From Candidatus Aenigmatarchaeota archaeon (GTDB lineage Archaea > Aenigmatarchaeota > Aenigmatarchaeia > Aenigmatarchaeales > Aenigmatarchaeaceae): 64,000 bases of DNA. Numbering within the stretch: position 1 is the first letter of the stretch; every line of letters starts with the position of its first letter. The notes beneath the pieces were generated by a model. It made no database searches. It was given only the letters and a program-made list of their open reading frames with translations, and was not told the origin of the DNA. Location of the stretch: positions 2,670-66,669 of the forward strand of contig JAZDKZ010000006.1 of the NCBI GenBank assembly GCA_043802485.1, read 5' to 3'. Both the position numbers and the translations under genes were made by a program. Positions 49,666-60,719 of this stretch are shown here, one piece after another.

Positions 49666-49777
49666 CTCAGTCGGTAGAGTGCCAGGCTTTTATCTGTTAG
49701 ATAAAAGCATGTGTAACGCGAAAGCGTGATGACAGGAAGAAACCTGGAAGTCGTGGGTTCGAACCCCGCCGGGCCCA
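49656..49777 (+). tRNA. tRNA-Lys(TTT) with 49-nt intron (49693-49741, 37/38)
   Basis: GGGCCCG/CGGGCCC, CCAGG/CCTGG, BHB central helix CTTT/GAAG. Confidence 0.92.
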
Positions 49778-49809
49778 CTTTTTTATACACGTGTTCTAAT
49801 AATTCTATT

Positions 49810-50190
49810 ATGAAATTCCAGAAGGAGTTCTATTATTGCTTTGCCGGAGTTATTGCCCTTCTTTTAGTTTATCTTCTCTTCTCCTTCACACTCAATCTCA
49901 AGCTACAGCTGTTGTTCTCCTTCCTTTCTATAATAACTGGTTCGGTGATGGTCGTGCTCGGCTTTTGGGGGTCTGACTTTGCCTTTGCCATTGCCCTGAA
50001 GCAGCTGGATCAGAGCAGGGCTAGGGGCAAGTTCAAGGGTAAGAAGAGGATGGTCTTCGTCCCGTTCATGGGCAACTACACGCCTTTGGAATGGTGGAAC
50101 ATCAACTGGTTCGTGACTCTGATGGGTGTTTTCCTTGTCGTCTTGGGCTCACTTGTTCTCGGGATAATGGTTGGTGTGTATGTTTTTTAA
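49810..50190 (+). CDS. Hypothetical membrane protein
   Basis: Three hydrophobic segments. Confidence 0.65.
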   Translation: MKFQKEFYYCFAGVIALLLVYLLFSFTLNLKLQLLFSFLSIITGSVMVVLGFWGSDFAFAIALKQLDQSRARGKFKGKKRMVFVPFMGNYTPLEWWNINWFVTLMGVFLVVLGSLVLGIMVGVYVF

Positions 50191-50216
50191 TTGTTGGGCA
50201 CAATAAAAAGTATAAC

Positions 50217-50328
50217 GTCGAGATAGCTCAGCCTGGTTAGAGCGCCGGTCTCATAAAATCATTATGAGATTTGACATCCAAGATGATATGGAATCCGGAG
50301 GTCGTGGGTTCAAATCCCATTCTCGACA
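50217..50328 (+). tRNA. tRNA(CAT), probably elongator Met, with 37-nt intron (best BHB at 38/39, 50257-50293)
   Basis: GTCGAGA/TCTCGAC acceptor stem, spliced CCGGT-CTCATAA-TCCGG, central helix TCAT/ATGG. Confidence 0.88.
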
Positions 50329-50387
50329 TTCTTTGAAATCTTTAAATAGATTTACGGCACCAATACTGGTTCTAGAGGTGATAAAAA

Positions 50388-50492
50388 ATGAAAAATGACA
50401 AGATAGAAAACGGGCTTCCTGAAATTGAAAAAAAGAAAGAAGGCGTTTATAAGAACAAACTCGAAGAATCTTGGTACTTTATACATTCCTGA
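50388..50492 (+). CDS. 34-aa small protein
   Basis: TTTAAATA box and GAGGTGA ribosome-binding site upstream. Confidence 0.45.
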   Translation: MKNDKIENGLPEIEKKKEGVYKNKLEESWYFIHS

Positions 50493-50500
50493 AAATAATT

Positions 50501-51169
50501 CTACCAGTATGTGTTCTGCTTCTTACCCAACCTCAACCTGATAAAGTTGAGCAGGTAGAACTTGAAGGCCTTTCTGTGGAAAGAGTCCTCGAACCTTCTT
50601 GCTGAGATGGGCATGTAGAGCTCTCGGAAGAATCTTACTCTTCCATATTTCCTTATTCTTGTGCTTAGTTCGAAATCCTCGAGGAAATTGACCTTGAACG
50701 GGTGCTTTAGCAGTTTGCTTCTCTTGAAGGCGCAATTGGAGCCGCAGATGCACGGATACTTGAAGGCCGATGTGGCTTCAAGGAAAAGGTCGCCCCACAC
50801 CTTGAGGCCTATCTTGGTTTTGGTGTTGGCATCATAGGGAATTATGGGTCCGTAGACGCCGATGTTGTTGTCTATCAGCTTCTCTATATTTTCCACCCAG
50901 TTCTCTGGGGGTCTGGAGTCTGCGTCGCAATAAGCCACTATGTCGCCTTTTGCTGACTTGCAGCCGAGGTTCCTCGCGTCTGCTATGCCCTTCTTATTGT
51001 CCTTGATAATCCTGTCCGCGTACTTTTTTGCTATCTTTATTGTCTTGTCTTTGGAGTGGCCGTCGACAACAATTATCTCCGGTTTCACTGTCTGATTCTT
51101 TAGGCACTCTAGGCACTTTTTGATGTACCTTTCCTCGTTCTTGGTGCAGACAACTACAGAGACTGACAT
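50501..51169 (-). CDS. Glycosyltransferase family 2
   Basis: SVVV...NEE, VVDGHSKD, ARNLG, DAD, ED motifs. Confidence 0.92.
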   Translation of the reverse strand: MSVSVVVCTKNEERYIKKCLECLKNQTVKPEIIVVDGHSKDKTIKIAKKYADRIIKDNKKGIADARNLGCKSAKGDIVAYCDADSRPPENWVENIEKLIDNNIGVYGPIIPYDANTKTKIGLKVWGDLFLEATSAFKYPCICGSNCAFKRSKLLKHPFKVNFLEDFELSTRIRKYGRVRFFRELYMPISARRFEDSFHRKAFKFYLLNFIRLRLGKKQNTYW

Positions 51170-51210
51170 AAGAAAGATATTTAAAATATGTCAATATATA
51201 ATTGATTTAT

Positions 51211-51284
51211 GCCTCGATAACTCAGTTGGTTAGAGTGCCTCACTTGTAATGAGGATGTCGGGGGTTCGAGTCCCTCTCGAGGCT
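51211..51284 (+). tRNA. tRNA-Thr(TGT)
   Basis: GCCTCGA/TCGAGGC, CCTCA-CTTGTAA-TGAGG, GGTTCGAGTCC. Confidence 0.95.
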
Positions 51285-51331
51285 TTTTAATTTCAGAAAG
51301 CCTTTTAAACCAGTCTTTGCAATATAGAATT

Positions 51332-51595
51332 ATGAAAATGGTATTGACAATGATATTAACTGTTATACTTTTTGTCATAGGAATAGCTCTTGTGGTGATG
51401 AACCCTTTGAACGCCTTGGCGATAACATTCGGTATGTTCCTTGTGGCGGTTTCGATACTGAATGTTGCTATACAGGTGTACTTTCCTTCTCAACCGTTGA
51501 GCACAGTTGAATTGAGGGTCGTCCAGCCGGAGAAAAAAGCCAAGAAAAAACCTGTCAAAAGGGTCGCAAAAGGGAAAAAGAGCAGGAAAAGATAA
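51332..51595 (+). CDS. Small membrane protein with basic tail
   Basis: Two transmembrane helices and K/R-rich C-terminus. Confidence 0.65.
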   Translation: MKMVLTMILTVILFVIGIALVVMNPLNALAITFGMFLVAVSILNVAIQVYFPSQPLSTVELRVVQPEKKAKKKPVKRVAKGKKSRKR

Positions 51596-51695
51596 ACATT
51601 CGACAAATAGTAAACTTTATAAGCATTAAAAATCTATAAATGAAATACCTTTTAAGGTTTTACTCTATTTTTAGAGTAATCTATATGGTGATGAA

Positions 51696-51947
51696 TTGGA
51701 AAAGGAGTATAGTGTTCTAAAGCACGTGTTAGTTCCGAAACATACTATTCTTAATGATGAAGAAAAAAAGGAACTTTTTGACAAAATGAAGATAAAATCC
51801 AGAAACCTGCCCAAGATATCCAACACAGATCCTGTCGTAAAGGAGCTTGGTGCGAAAGAGGGCGATGTTCTAATGATAGACAGAAAGTCTCCAGTTTCCA
51901 AAAGCACAACCTACTACAGGGTTGTTGTCAAGAAAAAGAGAGCGTGA
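51696..51947 (+). CDS. rpoH: RNA polymerase subunit Rpo5 (H)
   Basis: HVLVPKH..LPKI...DPV...GDV..I.RKS.....YYRVV. Confidence 0.96.
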   Translation: MEKEYSVLKHVLVPKHTILNDEEKKELFDKMKIKSRNLPKISNTDPVVKELGAKEGDVLMIDRKSPVSKSTTYYRVVVKKKRA

Positions 51948-51951
51948 TTTT

Positions 51952-54900
51952 ATGAATGATGTTTTAAACGCCTTCAAAAAAGATGTCGGTTTTGTCAGAT
52001 TCCAGATTAACAGCTACAACAACTTTGTTGACAACCGTCTGCAGAAGATAATCGAAGAGATTGGGGAGATAAGACCAGAGGTTCCCGAGATTGGGGAACT
52101 GGTGATAAAATTCGGCAAAGTCTCCATCGGCAGGCCTTGCGTCAAGGAGGCAGAGGGAGGTATCAGGGAGATAATGCCTACTGAGGCAAGGTTAAGGGAC
52201 TTTTCCTATACTGCCCCGGTTTACCTTGAGGCAACGCCTATTGTCAACAAGGTGGAGCAGGAGCCTGTGAGCGTTCTTCTGGCTGAAATACCGATCATGG
52301 TCAAATCCAAATTATGCCCGTTGAGCAAGATGAACAGCCAGGAGCTGGAGGAAATCGGAGAGGACCCAGACGATACTGGGGGCTATTTTATCATCAACGG
52401 AACAGAAAGAGTGCTTGTCCTGATAGAGGAGATAGCGCCCAACAGGATGATTCTTGAGAAGCAGAAAGTGAGCAACTATACCGAGATGATAAGGATAAAC
52501 TCGGAGAGGAACGGCTTTATCCAGAGGCATACGATAGACAGGAAGAACGACGGTTCTATTTACATTTCATTCGCAAACATAAGGAGACTGCCGATTGTTG
52601 TTCTGCTAAAGCTTCTTGGCCTGGAAAAGGACAAGGAGATAATCGATGGGCTGGAAGACGAAAAGATAATCAACGAGTTTTATGTTAATTTGTACGAGAC
52701 TGACGTGCAGACAAAGGCCGATGCCATGGAGTTTGTGGGCAAGCACCTGAAGATTGTCCAGAAGGAATACAGAAAGCAGAGGGTCGAGCAGATAATAAGC
52801 AAGTACCTGCTGCCTCATCTGGGACAGGACGCAAAGAACAAGATTGACAAGGCAAACTACTTGTTAAAGGCGATAAGGAAGATTATTGACTTTTCTCTGG
52901 GGAACATACCAGAAGACGATTTGGATCATTATGGTAACAAGAGGATTAAATTGTCAGGTGACTTGCTTGAATTATTGTTCAGGTCAATCCTTGTCGGAAG
53001 ATGGGGTTTGATTGCAAGGATAAAGTACAACTATCAGAAGATGGCCAAAAGAGGCAAGCTGCCTCCTGTTCAAACAATAGTCGAGGCTAATGTTGTTACA
53101 AACCAGCTGGCGTCTGCAATGGCAACTGGTGCATGGATTGGCGGAAGGACAGGCGTCTCGCAGAGGCTGGAAAGGAAAAATTATATTGATACGCTTTCTC
53201 ACTTGAGATTGGTTCTCTCTCCTCTGACATCAACACAGGAGCACTTTGAGGCAAGAGAGCTGCACCCGACACACTGGCAGAGGTTCTGCCCGGCAGAAAC
53301 TCCAGAAGGTCCGACAATCGGTCTGAGAAAGCACCTTGCCTTGTTTGCAGAGGTGACAAAGGGTCTGAACGATGTTGAGAAGAAGAAAGTGATAGCATCC
53401 ATAAAGCTTGATGAAGCCGGTGTTGATGTTTATCTGGACGGTGTTCCTATAGGTTATTCATCGAATCATGAAAAGTTCCTTGCTGACCTGAGAGAAAAGA
53501 GAAGGAGCGGTAAGATATCCAACGAAGTCAACTTTGTGTTCCATCCAAAACTTGACGAGATAAGGATAAACACAGATTCTGGAAGATTGAGAAGGCCTTT
53601 GATAATCCTTGAAGACAGCAGGCCCAAGCTGACAGACGAGATAATGCAGAAGCTGAAGAACAGCGAGATAAAGTGGAAGGATCTTACAAAGCTCGGCTGC
53701 ATAGAGTATCTTGACGCAGAAGAGGAGGACTCTGTTCTTGTTGCATTGAAGGACAAGGACATAACCACTGCCCATACTCACTTGGAGATGTCCACCATTG
53801 CCATATTCGGTTTGACAGCAAGCCTGATAACTTTCCCCGAGCACAACAGGGGAGACAGGGTATGCTACGGAGCAAAGATGATAAACCAATCCATAGGTTT
53901 CTACCAGTCAAACTTTTTGCTGAGAAGCGACACAAAGTCTAACATTTTAATCTATCCTCAGGTTCCTTTGGTCGAGACTGACACTGTCAGCGCCTCTGGT
54001 TTAGATCACCATCCTGCAGGCCAGAACGTTGTGGTAGCAATAGCATGCCACAAGGGCTACAACATGTTTGACTCGGCAGTTTTCAACAAATCCTCCATAG
54101 AGAGGGGAATGTTCAGGTCCATGTTCTACAGGGTCTATCCTGCAGAGGAGAAGAGGTACTGGGGAGGTCAGGAGGACGAGATGAGGGTACCTGACAAGGA
54201 TGTGAGAGGCTACAGGAGCGAGGAAGAGTATGCCAGGTTGGCAGACGACGGAATCCTGTCGCCAGAGACTCAGGTAAAAAGCGATGACGTTCTCATCGGC
54301 AGGGTGTCGCCGTTAAGATTCCTTTCCGCAAACGAGCTGATGACAGGCATCGCGAACACCAGGGAAAGCTCGATAACAATGAGGCATGGAGAGATAGGCG
54401 TTGTCGACAGAGTCCTGCTATCAGAGACAACGAACGGCAACAAGTATGTCAAGATATCCATAAGAGACTTGAGAGTTCCAGAGCTTGGTGACAAGTTCGC
54501 CTCAAGGCACGGACAAAAATCTGTCGTGGGTTTGATACAGACTCATGACAACATGCCCTTTACATCAACAGGCGTAGTTCCTGATGTCATTCTTAACCCG
54601 CATTCCATTCCATCAAGGCAGACCATCGGGCAGCTGTTGGAGATTATAGCTGGCAAGACCGCTGCTATGAGCGGCAAAAAGTCGAATTCTTCTGCCTTTG
54701 AAAGCGAGAACGAGTATGATCTGAGAAAGAAGCTTGGTGAGCTTGGCCTCAGGTCTGACGGAAAGGAAGTCATGTACAACGGCATAACCGGAGAGAAATT
54801 CGATGTGGAGATATTCACAGGAGTTCTCTATTACCAGAAGCTGGACCACATGGTTGCCAACAAGATACAGGCAAGGTCAAGAGGGCCTGTCACGCTTTTG

Positions 54901-57687
54901 ACAAGGCAGCCTACAGAGGGAAAGGCCAAGGAAGGTGGTTTGAGGTTGGGAGAGATGGAAAAGGACTGTTTGATTGCTCATGGCGCTGTGCTGACATTGA
55001 AGGAAAGGTTTGATTCTGACAAGGTTGTGATTCCGTTCTGCAAGAAATGTGGCTTGGTTGCCTTGTGGAGCAAGGTACAGGAAAAGAACGTTTGCCCTGC
55101 GTGCAAAGGCGATGATGTTGCTGATGTCGAGATGTCTTATGCTTTCAAGCTTCTGTTGGACGAGTTAAAGTCCATGCTGATGTACCCGAAGATCGGCATA
55201 AAGGGCAGTCTGATAGATTCTGTGGGTTTCAATCTCATGTCGCCGCAGATGGTAAAGAAGATGGCTGTGGCAGAGATAACCAAACCAGAGTTGTATGACA
55301 ACGACGGCTTCCCGTTAGAGGGCGGTGTGATGGATCCAAGGTTGGGTGTCATCGACCCAGGTCTCAAATGTAGGACCTGTGGCAAGGGAATGAGTTCGGA
55401 TTTCGGCCACTTTGGTTACATCGAATTGACAAAGCCAGTCATTAATGTTCTATACTCAAAGCTGATTTACAAGGTGTTGAAGGTTCTTTGCAAGTCTTGT
55501 GGAAGAGTTACGTCCGTGTCAAAGACATCAACGCCAAAGAAATGCCCGCATTGCGGCGAGGAAGTCGAGCCAGTAAAGTTCCAAAAGCCTTACAGCTTCA
55601 TGGAAGGGGAAAGATATCTCACTTCTCTTGAAGTCAGGGAGAGACTGGAGAAGATAACCGAAGAGGACTTGGAGCTATTGGGCATAAGGGGCGGAAGGCC
55701 AGAATGGCTGATCATAACCCTGCTGCCCGTGTCGCCTGTCACAATGAGACCTTCAATAACCCTGGAGACAGGAGAGAGAAGCGAGGACGACCTGACACAT
55801 AAGCTGGTTGACATCATAAGAATTAATCAGAGGCTAAAGGAAAACATAGAGATAGGCGCGCCAGACTTTATCATAGGCGACCTATGGGAGCTATTACAGT
55901 ATCATGTTGCAACATTCCTGGACAACAGCCTTTCAGGAATACCTGCTGCAAGACACAGGTCTGGCAGACCTTTGAAGACTCTGTCCAGTAGGTTAAAGTC
56001 AAAGGAAGGAAGATTCAGGCAGAACCTGACCGGCAAGAGAGTTAACTTTTCCGCAAGAACTGTCATATCGCCTGATCCGTGCATAAGCATCAACGAGGTC
56101 GGCGTTCCAATTGTCATAGCAAAGGAGCTGACAATACCGATGACAGTCACAGAGGGTAATATTGACGACATAAAGGAAATGATAGAGAGGTCGCCCATGT
56201 GGCCTTCTGTCAACTACATATTCAGGCCTGACGGCAAGAGGAAGAAGGTATCTGACGAGACAAAGGCAGAGATTATAGAGGAACTTGCTCCTGGCTACAT
56301 AGTCGAGAGGCACCTTAGAAACGGCGACATTGTCCTTTTCAACAGGCAGCCTTCTCTTCACAGAATGTCCATAATGGCTCACAAGGTAAAGGTGACTCCT
56401 TGGAGAACCTTTACCCTGAACTTGTGCACATGCCCTCCTTACAATGCTGATTTCGACGGCGACGAGATGAACCTCCATGTCCTTCAGACAGAGGAGGCGC
56501 AGACCGAGGCAAAGCTCTTGATGAGCGTGCAGAACCATATCAGGTCGCCAAGGTTCGGAGGTCCTATCATAGGATGCAGAGAGGACCACATATCAGGATG
56601 CTACATGCTTACTCACAAGGACACTGTGATGAGCAGGGAGGATGCGTTCAAACTGCTTTCCGATGTCGGTGTGTTTGCCGACCTTCCAAAGAAGAAGACG
56701 TTTACAGGCAAGGAAGTATTCAGTTATCTTCTGCCAAAGGATTTGTATGTGGAATTCAAGTCAAAGGCATGCGGCTGTGACGATTGTGTCAAGGGAACAT
56801 GTCCGAATGATGGTTATGTTGTTATCAAAGGAGGAAACCTGAAAAGAGGCCTGATAGACTCCAAGGCAATAAGCTCAGAGCACGGCAAGCTTATCGATGT
56901 CATTGAAAAAGAATTCGGCTGCGATGTTGCGCATGAGTTCATAGACAGGGTCTCTTCAATAGGTATAAAGTACTTGGACAGGACTGGTTTCACAATCGGT
57001 CTTGATGATATCGATTTGAAAAAAGATGTAACAGAAAAAATAGCCAAGTATATTGAAAAGGCAAAGATGGAAGTTAACGAGTTGATTGAAATGTACAGGC
57101 AGGGAAAGATAGAATTGCTGCCAGGGAGCGATGCCAAGGAGAGTCTGGAAGCGCACATACTCATGACGCTCTCAAAGCCGACAGAGGCTGCTGAAAAGTT
57201 AATAAAGGAATCAATAGGGGACAACTGCGCTATTGCCATGGCAAAGTCTGGAGCAAGAGCATCCATAACACACATGATACAGCTCTCGGCTTTCACTGGT
57301 CAGGCTAGGATACTAGGAGAGAGAGTCCACAGAGGTTTCAGGGACAGGACGCTGCCTCACTTTATGGTCGGAGACCTTTCCCCAAGAGCTCACGGTTTTT
57401 CGTCAAACAGCTTCAAATCAGGTTTAAATCCTTTCGAGTTCTTCTTTGATGTAGTGTCGGGAAGGGAATCGCTTATGGACAAATCTTTGAGGACAAGGCA
57501 TAGCGGTTACTTGGAAAGAAGGCTCATGAACGCCTTGCAGGACCTGGTAGTCGATTATAATTATGTAGTCAAGGACAACCATAACATAATAATCCAGTTC
57601 ACTGCAGGAGAGGACAAGATAGACCCTGCAAAGTCTGACTGGGGAACCCTTGACATAAAGTCAATCATACAGTCCGTGATTAGGTGA
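51952..57687 (+). CDS. rpoB-rpoA1: Fused RNA polymerase subunits Rpo2 (B) and Rpo1N (A')
   Basis: B motifs ([30 protein letters not shown]) continue in frame into A' motifs ([27 protein letters not shown]). Confidence 0.93.
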   Translation: MNDVLNAFKKDVGFVRFQINSYNNFVDNRLQKIIEEIGEIRPEVPEIGELVIKFGKVSIGRPCVKEAEGGIREIMPTEARLRDFSYTAPVYLEATPIVNKVEQEPVSVLLAEIPIMVKSKLCPLSKMNSQELEEIGEDPDDTGGYFIINGTERVLVLIEEIAPNRMILEKQKVSNYTEMIRINSERNGFIQRHTIDRKNDGSIYISFANIRRLPIVVLLKLLGLEKDKEIIDGLEDEKIINEFYVNLYETDVQTKADAMEFVGKHLKIVQKEYRKQRVEQIISKYLLPHLGQDAKNKIDKANYLLKAIRKIIDFSLGNIPEDDLDHYGNKRIKLSGDLLELLFRSILVGRWGLIARIKYNYQKMAKRGKLPPVQTIVEANVVTNQLASAMATGAWIGGRTGVSQRLERKNYIDTLSHLRLVLSPLTSTQEHFEARELHPTHWQRFCPAETPEGPTIGLRKHLALFAEVTKGLNDVEKKKVIASIKLDEAGVDVYLDGVPIGYSSNHEKFLADLREKRRSGKISNEVNFVFHPKLDEIRINTDSGRLRRPLIILEDSRPKLTDEIMQKLKNSEIKWKDLTKLGCIEYLDAEEEDSVLVALKDKDITTAHTHLEMSTIAIFGLTASLITFPEHNRGDRVCYGAKMINQSIGFYQSNFLLRSDTKSNILIYPQVPLVETDTVSASGLDHHPAGQNVVVAIACHKGYNMFDSAVFNKSSIERGMFRSMFYRVYPAEEKRYWGGQEDEMRVPDKDVRGYRSEEEYARLADDGILSPETQVKSDDVLIGRVSPLRFLSANELMTGIANTRESSITMRHGEIGVVDRVLLSETTNGNKYVKISIRDLRVPELGDKFASRHGQKSVVGLIQTHDNMPFTSTGVVPDVILNPHSIPSRQTIGQLLEIIAGKTAAMSGKKSNSSAFESENEYDLRKKLGELGLRSDGKEVMYNGITGEKFDVEIFTGVLYYQKLDHMVANKIQARSRGPVTLLTRQPTEGKAKEGGLRLGEMEKDCLIAHGAVLTLKERFDSDKVVIPFCKKCGLVALWSKVQEKNVCPACKGDDVADVEMSYAFKLLLDELKSMLMYPKIGIKGSLIDSVGFNLMSPQMVKKMAVAEITKPELYDNDGFPLEGGVMDPRLGVIDPGLKCRTCGKGMSSDFGHFGYIELTKPVINVLYSKLIYKVLKVLCKSCGRVTSVSKTSTPKKCPHCGEEVEPVKFQKPYSFMEGERYLTSLEVRERLEKITEEDLELLGIRGGRPEWLIITLLPVSPVTMRPSITLETGERSEDDLTHKLVDIIRINQRLKENIEIGAPDFIIGDLWELLQYHVATFLDNSLSGIPAARHRSGRPLKTLSSRLKSKEGRFRQNLTGKRVNFSARTVISPDPCISINEVGVPIVIAKELTIPMTVTEGNIDDIKEMIERSPMWPSVNYIFRPDGKRKKVSDETKAEIIEELAPGYIVERHLRNGDIVLFNRQPSLHRMSIMAHKVKVTPWRTFTLNLCTCPPYNADFDGDEMNLHVLQTEEAQTEAKLLMSVQNHIRSPRFGGPIIGCREDHISGCYMLTHKDTVMSREDAFKLLSDVGVFADLPKKKTFTGKEVFSYLLPKDLYVEFKSKACGCDDCVKGTCPNDGYVVIKGGNLKRGLIDSKAISSEHGKLIDVIEKEFGCDVAHEFIDRVSSIGIKYLDRTGFTIGLDDIDLKKDVTEKIAKYIEKAKMEVNELIEMYRQGKIELLPGSDAKESLEAHILMTLSKPTEAAEKLIKESIGDNCAIAMAKSGARASITHMIQLSAFTGQARILGERVHRGFRDRTLPHFMVGDLSPRAHGFSSNSFKSGLNPFEFFFDVVSGRESLMDKSLRTRHSGYLERRLMNALQDLVVDYNYVVKDNHNIIIQFTAGEDKIDPAKSDWGTLDIKSIIQSVIR

Positions 57688-57691
57688 TAAT

Positions 57692-58828
57692 GTGAAATTG
57701 AAAGAAGCAGAAGCAATACTACCCCTGAAGATTATTGACGACTTGGATAGAAACTTCAAGGAGTTCAAGCTTACTAGCGCTCAGAAGGAAAAGGTTATCA
57801 AGAAAACTGTAGAGCTGTACAAGCAGAGCTGCTACGACCCTGGCGAGGCTATTGGAGTTGTCGCAGCCCAGTCCATTTCTGAGCCAGCAACGCAGATGAC
57901 CATGAGGACTTTCCACATAGCAGGGGCTGCAGAGATTAAAGTGACACTTGGTCTGCCAAGGCTTGTGGAGATATTTGATGCAAGAAGAGTCCCAAAGACA
58001 CCTACCATGACAGTCTACATGAACAGCAGACATAACACGATGGAAAAGGCCCAAAAGGTCGCGTTCGACATACAGGAAACGCTTCTCGAGGATATTGCCA
58101 TTGAGCCTGCTGTTGATTTGTTGAACATGAGGATTGAGATTCAGCTTGATGAGAAGATGCTAAAGGAAAAGAAGCTGACAGTAAAGAAAGTCGCAGAGAA
58201 CCTGATGGAGAACACGAGGGTGAAGAAGATAAAGCTGAGCACAGGAAAGGACAGCCTTTTGATAAAGTCGGAGGATGAAGACATCACAATCAAAAAGTTG
58301 CAAAAGATAAAGTCAAAGGTTCTGAAAACCCACATAAAGGGCGTCAAGAAGGTTACCGAGGTGAGGGTTTCCAACAAGGATGGCATGTGGGTTATAACAA
58401 CTCTGGGCAGCAACCTTGCCGATGTACTGGAAGTGGAAGGAGTTGACACCACCAGGACAACATGCAACAACATACATGAGATAATAAAGGTCCTTGGCGT
58501 AGAGGCTACAAGGCAGTCCATAGTAGACAATGTGATGGAAACCATGGAGGAAGGTGGATTGGATGTTGATGTTCGCCATGTTTTGTTGGTGGCAGACATG
58601 ATGACATCGACAGGAACGATAAAGGCCATAGGCAGGTATGGAATTGCCGGTGCCAAGGGTTCTGTGCTGGCAAGGGCCAATTTCGAGGAGACCATGAAGC
58701 ACCTGACAAAGGCTGCGGTAAGCGCCGAGGTCGACAATCTGGATTCTATAATAGAAAACGTCATGATAAACCAGGTCGTGCCCGTAGGCACGGGCATGTT
58801 CGATCTGGTATTCAAACCTAAAAAGTGA
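57692..58828 (+). CDS. rpoA2: RNA polymerase subunit Rpo1C (A'')
   Basis: [40 protein letters not shown]. Confidence 0.96.
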   Translation: MKLKEAEAILPLKIIDDLDRNFKEFKLTSAQKEKVIKKTVELYKQSCYDPGEAIGVVAAQSISEPATQMTMRTFHIAGAAEIKVTLGLPRLVEIFDARRVPKTPTMTVYMNSRHNTMEKAQKVAFDIQETLLEDIAIEPAVDLLNMRIEIQLDEKMLKEKKLTVKKVAENLMENTRVKKIKLSTGKDSLLIKSEDEDITIKKLQKIKSKVLKTHIKGVKKVTEVRVSNKDGMWVITTLGSNLADVLEVEGVDTTRTTCNNIHEIIKVLGVEATRQSIVDNVMETMEEGGLDVDVRHVLLVADMMTSTGTIKAIGRYGIAGAKGSVLARANFEETMKHLTKAAVSAEVDNLDSIIENVMINQVVPVGTGMFDLVFKPKK

Positions 58829-58832
58829 TTTT

Positions 58833-59087
58833 ATGAAAGAACTGAAAGATGCATTGAAAGAGAAAAAGGTCATCATGGGCACTGAGAGGACTGTGAAATG
58901 CCTAAAGTCTGGTGACGCAAGGGTCGTCGTGGTCGCAAGCAATTGTCCGGACGACGTGAAAAGCGACCTGGAAAAGTACACAAAACTTTCTGGCGTAAAA
59001 CTAGAGAACTTTGACGGAACAGCAAAGCAGTTGGGCGTGTTCTGCGGTAAACCGTTTTCAATAGCAAGCCTAGCAATAGTGAAATAA
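58833..59087 (+). CDS. rpl30e: 50S ribosomal protein eL30
   Basis: G...T.K.LK.G.A..VV.ASNCP, LG..CGKPF; conserved operon position. Confidence 0.93.
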   Translation: MKELKDALKEKKVIMGTERTVKCLKSGDARVVVVASNCPDDVKSDLEKYTKLSGVKLENFDGTAKQLGVFCGKPFSIASLAIVK

Positions 59088-59486
59088 ATGAGAAACTTCG
59101 ACAACAGCACCATACAACTGATAACAGCTTTTGAGAACATAGCCCAAACCGAGGTCAGGGACTGTGTCTGTTCTGATACTATCTATTTTCTTGTGAATCC
59201 TGGCAAGATGGCCAGGACCATAGGCAAGAACGGCTACAACATAAAGAGTGCCGAGAAGATGCTCGGCAGGCAGATAAAGGTCTTTGAGTGGAGCGAGGAC
59301 GAGAACCAGTTCATAAAGAACCTGATACCAAAGGTCCAGAAGGTTGAGATAAAGGACGGCAAGTGTACTGTCTCCCTTAGTTCTGAGAACCGCGGCTCCA
59401 TAATAGGCAAGAAGGGCTCGAACATAAAGGTGCTTAGAATCCTTCTTGAAAGAAACAGCTCGATAAAGGATTTGAAGGTTCTATAA
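59088..59486 (+). CDS. nusA: Archaeal NusA
   Basis: Two KH GxxG motifs (IGKNG, IGKKG); conserved operon position. Confidence 0.92.
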   Translation: MRNFDNSTIQLITAFENIAQTEVRDCVCSDTIYFLVNPGKMARTIGKNGYNIKSAEKMLGRQIKVFEWSEDENQFIKNLIPKVQKVEIKDGKCTVSLSSENRGSIIGKKGSNIKVLRILLERNSSIKDLKVL

Positions 59487-60668
59487 CAAAGGCCCTACAA
59501 AAGTAAATACAATGACCGCCAGTATGGCCAAGGTTATGGCGATTGTTATTCTTCCGCCCCATTTCTTCTTGAATACCTTCTCAGCCAGTGTCTGAACGAT
59601 CAAGCCTCCGTCCAGCGGGTATATCGGAAGTATGTTGAATATGCCCACCATTATGCTAAGAGACGCTATCATGCCCAGCAGCGGGAACAGCACAGAGAAA
59701 AGACCAATGTCGCTTGTGTTGGCCCTTGACTCTATGCCCATGTAAGGAAAGCCTTTCAGCTTGGGATGCTCTGCCAGTTCGATGTCATAGTAATTCCCGT
59801 CAACTTTCAGTTCCACGACATCTCCTGGTTTGTATTGGGAAAGGCTCCCCAAGAGGATATAACTGGACATTGTCTGGGTCATGCTTTCTGTGTTGGACTT
59901 TTCTACTGTCAGCACAATGAAAGCGTAATCATTGAAGGACATGGTTGACTCTCTGCCGCCTATGCTCTGCAGGACCATGCCAGGCTCCAGGCCTAATTGC
60001 CCTGCTGGTGACGTCTCGTTGACACCTGTTATCAGGACGCCGCTCACATTGGGAGACCATACAAGGGCTTGGACAAGTATCAGAACCAGAACACCTATCG
60101 ATATGTTGATGAAGCTGCCCGCGGAGAATATCCTCAGCTTTGTCATGAGCTTTGATTTCTTTATCTGCTTCTCGTCCGGCTCGACGAATGCTCCTGGGAA
60201 TATTGCCAGCAGCAAGAGGCCTACATCCTTCAGCCTTATACCTTCTGCCCTTGCTATTATGCCGTGCATCGCCTCGTGGGGAATCAATATTATCGCTATC
60301 GCGATTATCCAGAACCAGAAAGGTATGCCGATGAAACCCGGGCCGACTACCATCTGCTCCGAAGGTATGGGCAGGGCTATTGACAGAGCTGGCTGTTCTA
60401 TGACCCCGCTGTAAACAAGATAAGCGATATTGACCATGTTCCATGTCCCATATAACATGAAGAACAGGCACACTAGGAAAGCCAGGGTCCCTATAATCTT
60501 CCAGAAGCCTATTGATTTCTTGGCTATCCTGTCAAGGACGTCCCTGAACTTCTTGGTCCTTCTCATTATCAGTATGTATTTGAAGTCGATGTTCTTCCTG
60601 TCCCTGTATATCACTATTCCCAGAAGACCGAAGAACACCAAAACTGACGCCGTGTAAAGGTCAATCAT
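59481..60668 (-). CDS. Site-2 (M50) membrane metalloprotease with PDZ domain
   Basis: HEAMH, GAFVEP, NILPIYPLDGG. Confidence 0.93.
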   Translation of the reverse strand: MIDLYTASVLVFFGLLGIVIYRDRKNIDFKYILIMRRTKKFRDVLDRIAKKSIGFWKIIGTLAFLVCLFFMLYGTWNMVNIAYLVYSGVIEQPALSIALPIPSEQMVVGPGFIGIPFWFWIIAIAIILIPHEAMHGIIARAEGIRLKDVGLLLLAIFPGAFVEPDEKQIKKSKLMTKLRIFSAGSFINISIGVLVLILVQALVWSPNVSGVLITGVNETSPAGQLGLEPGMVLQSIGGRESTMSFNDYAFIVLTVEKSNTESMTQTMSSYILLGSLSQYKPGDVVELKVDGNYYDIELAEHPKLKGFPYMGIESRANTSDIGLFSVLFPLLGMIASLSIMVGIFNILPIYPLDGGLIVQTLAEKVFKKKWGGRITIAITLAILAVIVFTFVGPLL

Positions 60669-60719
60669 ATGTTCTTTTTATTTGTTGTAGTATAAATAAT
60701 TTTAATATCAGTGATTTTC

